Shown here: piece after piece, positions 55,681 through 64,000 of the stretch
Position numbering within the stretch: position 1 is the stretch's first letter
Layout: the number at the start of each line of letters is the position of its first letter
Assembly (NCBI GenBank): GCA_963702435.1
Contig: CAVPCR010000002.1
Location: forward strand, 544,001 to 608,000
Direction: 5' to 3'
Length of the DNA: 64,000 bases
From: Candidatus Eiseniibacteriota bacterium
GTDB lineage: Bacteria; Eisenbacteria; RBG-16-71-46; CAVPCR01
Program-made: the position numbers and the translations under genes
The notes under the pieces: model-generated
Database searches by the model: none
Seen by the model: only the letters and a program-made list of their open reading frames with translations
What the model was told of the DNA's origin: nothing

Positions 55681-58197
55681 ATGAAACTGCCCAGACCGCG
55701 TCCTCGCCCGCAGTCCACTCCCGAAGCGCAGCGCAGGGGGCACCCGGCCCCCGCCCGGGCCTCGCGCGCGGAACTCCTCGGCCTCGCTCTCATCGCCGCT
55801 GCCGTGATCGCGAGCGAGATCCTCCTCACGCGCATCTTCTCGTTCATCACCTGGCACCACTACACACCGCTCATCATCGGCATCGCCCTCCTCGGTTTCG
55901 GATTCGCGGGCTCGTACCTGAGCACGCGACCGGCCGCGGCCAGCGTCGAGCGGACGGTCTTTCTCAAGCGTCTCGAGCGTGAGGCGCTCGCCTTCGCCTT
56001 CGCGCTTCCGCTCGCGCTCGTCCTCTGCGGACTCGTGCGTTTCAATCCGAGCCGCATTTTCGCTGACTGGATGCCGCTCCTCTCACTCCTTCTCTATCTG
56101 ATCCTGGTCGCGGTGCCGTTCGCCCTCGCCGGCCTCATCATCTGCCGTCTCCTCGATCGCTACCGCGCCGAGGCGGGGCGCGTCTACGGCGCCGACCTCG
56201 CCGCGTCCGCCGGCGGCGTGTTGCTCGCTCTCGCCCTTCTCGGCGCTGCGGGCGCCGAGGCGGCCGTCCTCGGCTCCGCCCTCCTGGCCGCCGGCGCCGC
56301 CGTCCTCTTCGGCCGCGCGCGCGGGGGGGTAGGCCGCGGCGCGCTCCTCGCATTCGCCGGACTCGCTCTGTTGTTCGTACTGGCGGTCGTCACCCAGCCG
56401 CGTTTCTTCTTTCGTCCGCCTCCGTCGAAGGAGATGGCGGTATTCCTCACCGACCCGGCGCTCAGGCCGGTCGGCTTCAGCGTTAGCCGCTGGAATCCGA
56501 TTGCGCGGATCGATGTCACCGGCGACATGACCGGACCGGCCCCCGACTTCGGGGGTGAGCTCTCATCCCGCGTCCGCGCCGAAGCGGCACCTGAGCACTT
56601 TCGCTATCTGTTCCAGGACGGCACCGCGCCCAGCGCTTTCCTGAGAATGCAGCCGCCGTATGCGGACGTCGCCATCCTCCGCGGCTATCTGCAGTCAGCA
56701 GCGTACAAGATCAGGCCGGAGCCCCGCGCCCTCGTCATCGGCCTCGGCGGCGGGATCGACCTCGCGATCGCGCTCGCGCATGGCGCGCGGTCGGTGACCG
56801 GGGTCGAGGTGAACCCGGTCACCCTCGGTCTCCTCCGCCGTGATCTGGCCGACTACACGGGCGGCCTCGCCACGGATCCCCGTGTCACGCTCGTGCACGG
56901 CGAGGGTCGCGCCTACGCGCGCTCGGCACGCACGGTCTACGACGTGATCCAGCTATCCGGGGCCGACACGTTCGCCGCTCTCGTCAGCGGCTCCGGCTCG
57001 CTCACCGAGGGCTATCTGTACACAGTCGAGGCGGTCTCCGACTTCCTCGCCCGGCTCGCGCCGGGCGGCATCCTCTCCTACTCGCGGCCGTACTTCGTGC
57101 CGCCGAGAGAGACGTTGAAGCTCGTGGCCACCGCGGAGCGCGCGCTCCGTGCCCGCGGAGTCAAGGATCCGGGCGAGCACATCCTCGTCATCGCCGGCGA
57201 GAAGTGGGCGGAGACGCTCATCTCGCCAAGTCCATTCAGCGCCGATGACGCGTCGACCATCGAAGCGTTTGCCCGCGAGGAGGGCTTCCGTCTCCTTGCA
57301 TCACCGTCCGCCGAGCTGAACACGCCCTGGGACCGTTACCTGGGCCTCGACGAAGGCGCGGCGCAGACATTGCGCCGGAACTACTTCTTCAACGTCGAGC
57401 CGGCGACCGACGACAAGCCGTTCTTCTACAACTATGCGCGTTGGGCGACCGTGCTCACGAACCGGCGCCTGCCGGTGAACATCGGCATCGAGGGTTACTA
57501 CACGGTCGAGTCGCCGCTCGGGCCGCTTCCGATCGGGAACCTGATGCTCGCCGCTTCGCTCCTCCTCTCGGCGCTCCTGGCAACCGCGCTCATCATCTAT
57601 CCGCTCCGCTCGCGCGCAACCGCGCTCGCCGCAAACCCGGCCCTTGCTTTCCGCGTCCTGGCCTACTTCGCGGCGCTCGGACTCGCGTTCATCACGATCG
57701 AGATCACGCTGATCCAGCAGTTCCAGCTCGCGCTCGGCGGTCCGACGATCGCTCTCGCCACGGTGCTCTTCGCGCTTCTCGGCGCAGCAGGACTCGGCAG
57801 CGTCCTCGCCGAGCGCCTCGCTCCGCGGACGCTTCGCATCCTCCTTCCTGTGCTCGTGGTGGTCCTCGCCGGAGCGCTCGTCCTCGCGCCGCACCTCGCC
57901 GGGGCGATGGCCATGGCGCCGCTGCCGGTGCGCATCGCCGGCGCCGGGATCGTGACGGCGATCCTCGGCGTGCTCATGGGGATGCCATTCCCCATGGGCA
58001 TTCGGCTGGTCGGCGCGCGCGGCGCCTCGCTCGTGCCCTGGGCGTGGGCTGCGAACGGGCTCTTCTCTGTAATCGGCTCGGCGGCGAGCCTGTTCGCCGC
58101 GATGTTCTTGGGCTTCACCGCGGTAACCGCCGCGGCGATCGTGATCTACCTCCTTGGTTACCTGGCGCTCCGGCCGGAGATGGGGCGAGTCGAGTAG
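55681..58197 (+). CDS. Polytopic membrane protein with central spermidine-synthase-like SAM-fold domain
   Basis: EILLTRIFS, RVYGADL, WNPIARIDV, LVIGLGGGID, VEVNP, GEGR, YLYTVEA, TDDKPFF, YFAALGLAFITIE, MGMPFPMG, WAWAANG. Confidence 0.82.
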   Translation: MKLPRPRPRPQSTPEAQRRGHPAPARASRAELLGLALIAAAVIASEILLTRIFSFITWHHYTPLIIGIALLGFGFAGSYLSTRPAAASVERTVFLKRLEREALAFAFALPLALVLCGLVRFNPSRIFADWMPLLSLLLYLILVAVPFALAGLIICRLLDRYRAEAGRVYGADLAASAGGVLLALALLGAAGAEAAVLGSALLAAGAAVLFGRARGGVGRGALLAFAGLALLFVLAVVTQPRFFFRPPPSKEMAVFLTDPALRPVGFSVSRWNPIARIDVTGDMTGPAPDFGGELSSRVRAEAAPEHFRYLFQDGTAPSAFLRMQPPYADVAILRGYLQSAAYKIRPEPRALVIGLGGGIDLAIALAHGARSVTGVEVNPVTLGLLRRDLADYTGGLATDPRVTLVHGEGRAYARSARTVYDVIQLSGADTFAALVSGSGSLTEGYLYTVEAVSDFLARLAPGGILSYSRPYFVPPRETLKLVATAERALRARGVKDPGEHILVIAGEKWAETLISPSPFSADDASTIEAFAREEGFRLLASPSAELNTPWDRYLGLDEGAAQTLRRNYFFNVEPATDDKPFFYNYARWATVLTNRRLPVNIGIEGYYTVESPLGPLPIGNLMLAASLLLSALLATALIIYPLRSRATALAANPALAFRVLAYFAALGLAFITIEITLIQQFQLALGGPTIALATVLFALLGAAGLGSVLAERLAPRTLRILLPVLVVVLAGALVLAPHLAGAMAMAPLPVRIAGAGIVTAILGVLMGMPFPMGIRLVGARGASLVPWAWAANGLFSVIGSAASLFAAMFLGFTAVTAAAIVIYLLGYLALRPEMGRVE

Positions 58198-58213
58198 TCG
58201 GGTGGTCGGCTTC

Positions 58214-58288
58214 CCCCGCGGCAAACGCTGTCGGGTCTTGTGAACTCCTCGCCCCGGCTCGCCGCGCCACCCCGCGGCAAACGCTGTC
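58214..58288. repeat. Two perfect 19-bp direct repeats, 56-bp period
   Basis: CCCCGCGGCAAACGCTGTC at 58214 and 58270. Confidence 0.75.
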
Positions 58289-58626
58289 AGCCTTCCCGCG
58301 ACCGCGTCCCCTGCCGCTTCATTCATATCGATCCCGGCAAGCTGTGGGATCGCCAGGATCGACCGTCCTTCGACTCCATAGAATAGAAAGCACATATCGT
58401 GCCGCGCAGTTGTCAAAGCCGGCGCCTGCGCAGAGAGCCTGTGCAAGCACTTCCCGTGACTCGGCCGCTGAGCCCCTGACAACACCGTTGTCGAAACCGC
58501 CAACGCAGGTGGCACCCCACACCGCGTCGGCCCGGGCATCGAGGCTTGATGGCACGCGGCGCGCTGTGCTAACGACATGGCCATGGAGAAGGAGAACGTC
58601 CCGTGACCCATCGCCGGATCAAACAG

Positions 58627-58798
58627 CCGGCCCACCCCGCGAACCCGGCCCGCCCCGCGAACCCGGCCTGCCCCGCGAACCCGGCCTGCCCCGCGAACCC
58701 GGCCTGCCCCGCGGACCAGGCCCACCCCGGGAACCTGGCCTACCCCGCGAACCCGGCCTGCCCCGGGAACCCGGCCCACCCCGCGAACCCGGCCCGCC
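58627..58798 (+). repeat. 18-bp tandem repeat, about 9.5 copies
   Basis: Consensus CCGGCCYRCCCCGCGAAC. Confidence 0.92.
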
Positions 58799-58799
58799 G

Positions 58800-59804
58800 G
58801 TGACGGACCGAGCTGCGCCTGCGCCCGCGCCCGGGCCCGCCGCGCCCACACCAGCCGCGCCTGCGTCCGCGCCCGCTGCACCAGTGACCGGCGTCCTTCG
58901 CGCCATCCTGCTGACAATCGGCGCGCTTCTCGCGTTCGCCGCGAACTCGGTGCTCTGCCGGTTCGCCCTCGGCACAGCGGCCATCGATCCCGCGGCGTTC
59001 ACGGCGATCCGCCTCGTCTCCGGGGCCGCCGCCCTGTGGCTCACGACCGCACTCCTTCGCCGCGCGCCGCCGGTCGTGCGATCGGGGAGCTGGTTCTCGG
59101 CGACCATGCTCTTCGCCTATGCCGCCGCCTTCTCGTTCGCCTACGTCGACCTCACCGCAGGAATCGGCGCGCTCCTCCTCTTCGGCTCTGTGCAGGCGAC
59201 GATGATCTTCGCCGGCCTCCGCACCGGCGAGCGCCCCCACATCCTCGCGTGGATCGGAATCGCCGTCGCGCTCGGCGGACTCCTCGTCCTCGTCTTGCCC
59301 GGAACACATGCCCCGTCGCTCGTAGGCTCGCTGCTCATGGCGGGCGCCGGCGTCGCCTGGGGGATCTACTCGCTTCGGGGGCGCACGAGCCCCGCGGCCG
59401 GCGCCCGGACCGATCCGATCGCGGCGACCGCCGGTCACTTCGTGCGCGCGGTCCCCTTCGTGCTCGCGCTCGCGCTCATCCGGGCCTCTGCGCTCCATGC
59501 GGCGCCGCGCGGCGTGCTCCTGGCCGTCATCTCCGGCGCGGTCACGTCGGGACTCGGCTACGTGATCTGGTACGCCGCCCTTCCCACCATGACGGCCACC
59601 AGGGCCGCTGCCGTGCAGCTCACGGTCCCGATCCTCGCCGCCTTCGGCGGTGTCCTCTTCCTCGCCGAGACGCCGACGCTCCGGCTCTTCGCCGCCGCGA
59701 TCCTCACTCTCGGTGGGGTGGCGCTCACGGCCATCGCGCGCGGCCGCGTCATCCGCTCGGCCGTCGAGAGCACGACCGCGGGCGGCGAGCACACCGCGCG
59801 GTAG
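58800..59804 (+). CDS. DMT/EamA-family transporter (the true start may lie upstream at about 58566-58583)
   Basis: AFAANSVLCR.AL, FTAIRLVSGA, FSFAYV.L.AG.GALLLFG.VQATM, SGAVTSGLGY.IWY, QLTVP. About 10 TM segments. Confidence 0.88.
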   Translation: MTDRAAPAPAPGPAAPTPAAPASAPAAPVTGVLRAILLTIGALLAFAANSVLCRFALGTAAIDPAAFTAIRLVSGAAALWLTTALLRRAPPVVRSGSWFSATMLFAYAAAFSFAYVDLTAGIGALLLFGSVQATMIFAGLRTGERPHILAWIGIAVALGGLLVLVLPGTHAPSLVGSLLMAGAGVAWGIYSLRGRTSPAAGARTDPIAATAGHFVRAVPFVLALALIRASALHAAPRGVLLAVISGAVTSGLGYVIWYAALPTMTATRAAAVQLTVPILAAFGGVLFLAETPTLRLFAAAILTLGGVALTAIARGRVIRSAVESTTAGGEHTAR

Positions 59805-62459
59805 TCAGCGCCGGCGCGCCAGCCGGAGGACGAGGAAGGCCGCCACGTACAGCACGGCGGCCAGGGCGACCGTCGCGCGGAAGCCGACCAGCATGGCGAG
59901 GAGCACGGAGAGGACCGACCCCACGACCGACGCGAAGCCGTTGGCGCCGAAAGCCCAGCCCACGAGGTCGGCCCGGCGTTCGGCGAGGATGCGCACGCCC
60001 GCAGGCAGGAACATGCCCATCCCGAATCCGGGGATCGCCACCCACAGCACGGCGGCCAGCGCCCGGATCGGCCACGGTCGCCCAAGCAGGAAGGCGAAGA
60101 CCGGGCTCGCGAGCATCGCTTCGAGGAGGAGAACCGCCGCCACGACAGCGATCGCCGCTCCCAATCGGCGCTCGCCGGACCCGACGACCGGGGCAGATGC
60201 GAGACTGCCCGCGCCTGCCGCAAGGAGGAGCGAAAAGAGGATGACCGACACCGCATACGTCGGATGGCCGAGGACGAGGGCGAACTGCTGCATGGCCGCA
60301 ATCTCGACCAGGATGAAGGCGAGGCCGAGGCCGACGAAGTAGACGACCGCAGCCACGTCGGCGCGGCTCGGCGGCACCCCGGCGGGGCTCGGCGCCGCAC
60401 TGCCTCCCCTGACCCGCCGCCGGCCAAGTACGAGCGGCAGCACGATCATGACCGCCGCCACCGCCCCGGTCACGAGGAGCACGGTCAGCAGGAGCGAGTG
60501 ACCCGACGGAGCGACGAGATCGTCGCGCGTCGTCGTCGTCCGGAACGGCGTCGCGTCGCGGAAACGACCGTACTGAAAGAAGAACGGCCGGTCGTCGTTC
60601 ACCGGATCGATGCGCAGCGGATACTCGTCGATGAAGCGCTCCGGATCGGGATCGGCGATGAACGCGGCGATCGGATTGCGGACCGGGGCGCCCGGCACGT
60701 AGATGAGCATCGCTTCGCTGTCGACCGCTGTGCGCACGAAGGCGAGCGCCTCCTCGGGCGTGAACGGCCGGGCGCCGACGATCACGGTCGCGTAGGCGCC
60801 GGAAGCGGCGACCAGGAAGTGGCGGGCCGGATCGGTCGCGCCGCGCGCGACCAGCGCCGCGCGCGCCACGGCGCAGAGGCGCAGCACCTCGCGCGGCGGC
60901 TCGTGCAGGAAGCGCGTCACGGCCACGGCGCCGCGCGGCGTCAGGCGATCCAGATAGTCGGTGAAGGCTTCGACCGTGTAGAGGTAACTCTCCGACAGGC
61001 TGTAGGCGCCGGCCGCGGTCGCCGCGAAGGTATCGATCAGGGACATCTGGATCAGGTCGTAACGGCGCGAACTCGCGCGCACGAAGCTCCTGCCCTCCCC
61101 GACCACCACGCGCACGCGCGGGTCGCCGTACACGTCACCCGACCAGTCGCGATAACGCTCGGTCATGAGCTGGTGCGTGACCGGGTTGATCTCGACCCCT
61201 TCGACGAAGCGGGCACCGGCGTGCAGCGCGGCGAGGACGTCGATCCCGCCGCCGACACCGATCACCAGCACCGACTCCGGCCGCACCACGACATGCGGCA
61301 GCGCGGAAGGGATCGAACCCAGGAAGTCGTATTCTGCGGCTTGTCGCTGAATGTTGAGGATGGGAGTCGCGGCGTCGCCGTCGTAGATGATCTGGTGCTC
61401 GGGCGGCGGCGCGCCGCCGCGCGCCGGGACGGTCCAGGTGACCGCGGTCGCGTCCTCGACCACGTCGACCCGCGCGAGCGGATGCCAGCACGTGAAGGCG
61501 AGCTGCGCGCGCGGGCTCGTCGCCGGATCGAGCCAGTCGCGGATCCCCTTGCTCGGCCCGAGGGGCGGCGCGAGCACGGTCGCGGCGAGCGGCACCAGGG
61601 CGAACGCGAGTACCGCCGCGATGAGAAAGCCGCGCCGGTGACTGGGGCGCGGGCCGACTGCGACCGGCGCCGGCATCGCCCGGCGTGCCGGATCCGCCGC
61701 CGCAGACGCCGCAGCCGCCGCACCCGCTGCCGCCCCCGCGGCACCAGCTGCCGCACCCGCTGCCGCCGCACCTCCCGCACTTCCCGCACCTCCCGCACCT
61801 CCCGCACTTCCCGCCGCAGCCGCCGCACCCGCTGCCGCCCCCGCGGCACCCGCCGCCGGCCCCGCGGCGCCCGCGAACGCCACGGCCGCCGCGGCACCGA
61901 GCGCCGCCGCGAGCGCCGCGAGCCGAGGCGCGCCGAGCGGCGCGAGCACGAGGAGCGGCAGGATGGCGCCGAGCGCCGCCCCGGCGAGATCCGCCCAGTA
62001 GAGCCGCCCGACGGCGCCCGCATACGACTGCAGGATGACCGCCACCGCGAAGCCGCCGCCCAGGAACGGCAGGGTGAGCGCGAGCACGTGCACGAGGAGG
62101 ATGAACGCCTGTCCCGGATCGCGGCCGAAGGCCAGCGGATCGAGCGGTATCGCACGCGTGAGGCCGAGAGCGACCCAGGTGCCGGCGGCGAAGAGGAGAG
62201 CGCCGGCGGCCGCAGCCAGCGGCTCGCGGCCCGCAAGGCGCGGCGCGAGAAGGCTCACCGCGACCCCGCTCGCGCCGAGGCCGAGCAGCGCGATTGCAAT
62301 CACGAAGAACGCGTAGTGGTACCAGATCGTGAACGAGAAGATGCGCGTGATCGTGACCTCGAGGGCGATCACGCCGAGCGAGAGGAGGAACATGCCGGCG
62401 AGCGCACCGCGCGGCGCCGGCTCCGGGCGGTGCTGCCGCCGGCGCTCGACGCCTCTCAT
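59805..62459 (-). CDS. Second polytopic membrane protein with spermidine-synthase-like SAM-fold domain
   Basis: LEVTITRIFSFTIWYHY, RLYWADL, WHPLARVDV, LVIGVGGGID, VEINP, GEGRSF, SLSESYLYTVEAF, NDDRPFF, WAFGANG. ATGA-coupled to the YfhO-like gene. Confidence 0.82.
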   Translation of the reverse strand: MRGVERRRQHRPEPAPRGALAGMFLLSLGVIALEVTITRIFSFTIWYHYAFFVIAIALLGLGASGVAVSLLAPRLAGREPLAAAAGALLFAAGTWVALGLTRAIPLDPLAFGRDPGQAFILLVHVLALTLPFLGGGFAVAVILQSYAGAVGRLYWADLAGAALGAILPLLVLAPLGAPRLAALAAALGAAAAVAFAGAAGPAAGAAGAAAGAAAAAGSAGGAGGAGSAGGAAAAGAAAGAAGAAAGAAAAASAAADPARRAMPAPVAVGPRPSHRRGFLIAAVLAFALVPLAATVLAPPLGPSKGIRDWLDPATSPRAQLAFTCWHPLARVDVVEDATAVTWTVPARGGAPPPEHQIIYDGDAATPILNIQRQAAEYDFLGSIPSALPHVVVRPESVLVIGVGGGIDVLAALHAGARFVEGVEINPVTHQLMTERYRDWSGDVYGDPRVRVVVGEGRSFVRASSRRYDLIQMSLIDTFAATAAGAYSLSESYLYTVEAFTDYLDRLTPRGAVAVTRFLHEPPREVLRLCAVARAALVARGATDPARHFLVAASGAYATVIVGARPFTPEEALAFVRTAVDSEAMLIYVPGAPVRNPIAAFIADPDPERFIDEYPLRIDPVNDDRPFFFQYGRFRDATPFRTTTTRDDLVAPSGHSLLLTVLLVTGAVAAVMIVLPLVLGRRRVRGGSAAPSPAGVPPSRADVAAVVYFVGLGLAFILVEIAAMQQFALVLGHPTYAVSVILFSLLLAAGAGSLASAPVVGSGERRLGAAIAVVAAVLLLEAMLASPVFAFLLGRPWPIRALAAVLWVAIPGFGMGMFLPAGVRILAERRADLVGWAFGANGFASVVGSVLSVLLAMLVGFRATVALAAVLYVAAFLVLRLARRR
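61700..61880 (-). repeat. Ala/Gly low-complexity tract from 9-bp and about 33-bp repeats inside the second SAM-fold protein
   Basis: Encodes AGAAGPAAGAAGAAAGAAAAAGSAGGAGGAGSAGG... Confidence 0.75.
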
Positions 62460-64000
62460 GCCGCCTCGCCCCACTTCCCGAAGAGCCCGCTGCCCAGCAG
62501 GCCGAACAGCCCGATGGCCGTCATCCCCACCCCGAGGACGAGCCCGCGCCCGCGGTAGCGGAGCCGCACCTCGTGGCGCCCCGCGTCCACCGGCACCGCC
62601 TGGAAGCTCAGGTCGGCGCAATAGACCGGCGCCGGCTTGCCGTCCACCGTCGCGCTCCAGCCCGGGTCGAAGGACTCGGCGATCCGCACGCAGCCCGGGA
62701 CCGGCGTCTCGACGACGAGAACCAGCTCCGAGTCGGAACGGCGCGCGATACCGACGCGCTCATCCACCCCGCTCCGCGCCTGTCCATCGATTCCTGCGAT
62801 GGGCGAGTCGAGCTCGGCGAGGATCACCGTCTCGCGCGACGGATCGAAGTCGGGAGACCTGAGCCGCGCCACCGCTGCCGCGGGCAGCGCCGCCCGCACC
62901 GCACGCGGCACGAACCAGACGTGGGGCCGCGGCGCCGAGAGCGCATAGCTGAAGACGGGCGGCCGTGCGGCGAGCGGCGTGAGCTCCGGAGCGGAGAGCG
63001 GCCACAGGGAGAAGATGGTCCGGACCTCGGCCAGCCGCGCGAGCGTGAAGAAGAGCGGGCTCAGGGTGACCTGCCCGGCGTCAACGCGGAAGCTCGATGC
63101 GAACAGCCCGGGCGCGTAATGATCGCCCCACAGGCGTGCGATCGCCGCCGGCACCGGGTTCGCATAGCCGTCGGCCGCGTGCACGCCGAAGTGCAGGTTC
63201 AGGCTCGGCTGCAGGAAGCGGCGCTGGACGACGAGCGGCGCCACGTCGGCCCAGCCGCGCGCCCGCTCGTAGGCGAAGACATGGGCCTCGCGGGCGCCGA
63301 GGGTCAGGTAGCGGGCGCCGGAGGGAATGTCGCCGACCGTGGCCGGCGGTTCGAACCAGGCGGCGCGCGATGCGTAGCCGTTGAGCGGCCGCTGCGCCCA
63401 GACGAGATCGAGAACGAGGAGCACGGCGACGGCGAGCGGCAGCCGGGCGATGAGCCCGCGGTTCCCGCGCGCGGCGAGCGCCGTCACGATCCAGGCGAGG
63501 CCGTGCGCGGCGAGCACCGCGACCGCGAGCTCGGTCACGACGAGAAAGCGCGCCGGGAAGCGGAACCAGCCGAGACCGGGGAGCACGGCGACCGCCAGCG
63601 AGTAGAGGCCGCCGCGCGCGCCGAGCGCGAGCACGAGCGCAACGACTCCGCCGAGCGCGAACACGCGCACGCTGCGCCGCCGGAAGCGGGCGAGTAGTCC
63701 GACGAGCGCGAGCGGCACCGCCGCGAGCCCCTGATACGAGTAGTCCTCCCAGTGGAGCCCGCGCCCGCGATAGCTGCCGTCGCCAGGCATGCCCACCGCG
63801 CGCGGATGGAGCCAGGTCGCGAGGTTCTGCGGCTCGAGCGGGATCTGCTCGGCGAACTCGCGCCCCGAGAGCTCGGCGCGCACGGAGTTCCGCGCCATGA
63901 TGTAGCTCGGCACATGCGCGACCGCCCCCACCAGATGTCCCGCGAGGAGCGCACCGCCGAGCACGAACGCGGCGCGCAACCAGCCGGGCGTGCCGCCCGC
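62456..64000 (-). CDS. YfhO-family polytopic membrane protein (GT-C-like), 5' end beyond the window
   Basis: Y.G..A..LA, PGLGWFRFPARF, ESFDPGWSATVDG, FQAVPVDAGRHEVRLRY followed by a C-terminal TM. Confidence 0.8.
   Translation of the reverse strand, partial: AGGTPGWLRAAFVLGGALLAGHLVGAVAHVPSYIMARNSVRAELSGREFAEQIPLEPQNLATWLHPRAVGMPGDGSYRGRGLHWEDYSYQGLAAVPLALVGLLARFRRRSVRVFALGGVVALVLALGARGGLYSLAVAVLPGLGWFRFPARFLVVTELAVAVLAAHGLAWIVTALAARGNRGLIARLPLAVAVLLVLDLVWAQRPLNGYASRAAWFEPPATVGDIPSGARYLTLGAREAHVFAYERARGWADVAPLVVQRRFLQPSLNLHFGVHAADGYANPVPAAIARLWGDHYAPGLFASSFRVDAGQVTLSPLFFTLARLAEVRTIFSLWPLSAPELTPLAARPPVFSYALSAPRPHVWFVPRAVRAALPAAAVARLRSPDFDPSRETVILAELDSPIAGIDGQARSGVDERVGIARRSDSELVLVVETPVPGCVRIAESFDPGWSATVDGKPAPVYCADLSFQAVPVDAGRHEVRLRYRGRGLVLGVGMTAIGLFGLLGSGLFGKWGEAA

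Noticed and set aside
58214..58350. 19-bp repeats with a 37-nt gap as a mini-CRISPR
   Set aside because: Only two exact copies, the repeat is short for CRISPR, and there is no cas context.
58550..58565. TGGCAC-N5-GCGC as a fifth sigma54 promoter
   Set aside because: The -12 element lacks the TT and no TGCA-N3-TGCA element lies upstream.

Overview
High-GC bacterial chromosomal window with no rRNA, tRNA or CRISPR array visible. FlgD-Ig-like C-terminal domains, dockerin-like repeats and 'DGxGGAII.W.D.R' repeat remnants suggest an FCB-superphylum lineage such as Ca. Eisenbacteria (inference). From left to right it holds: a GAF-GAF-PAS histidine kinase with a REC/degenerate-GGDEF regulator; icd; an EIIA/zinc-ribbon pair; a sigma54-type operon for an orphan outer-membrane protein and lipoprotein; AsmA; two tandem M14 carboxypeptidases; and an FHA-GAF-SpoIIE phosphatase. 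Next comes an ~8 kb island-like block bounded by decayed transposase and gene fragments. It encodes DUF485, ActP, a porin and an unusual PHP-TM-Cache-TM-PAS-PAS-CBS-DUF294 nucleotidyltransferase, which is the top candidate for an undescribed system. The rest comprises a desaturase/FAD-oxidoreductase/DUF1365/cfa/DUF1295/methyltransferase lipid-modification operon; purD-purE-tsaC-LMWPTP-glyA-LOG, with glyA broken by three +1 frameshifts that are probably assembly errors; and a ~17 kb type IV pilus locus without pilB. At the right end are an S8 peptidase and a secreted dockerin-like protein bracketed by tandem arrays, and two membrane SAM-fold proteins flanking a DMT transporter next to a YfhO-family gene. 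Four sigma54 -24/-12 promoters with upstream TGCA-rich elements define a candidate PilR regulon. All calls come from reading motifs by eye; no database searches were run.
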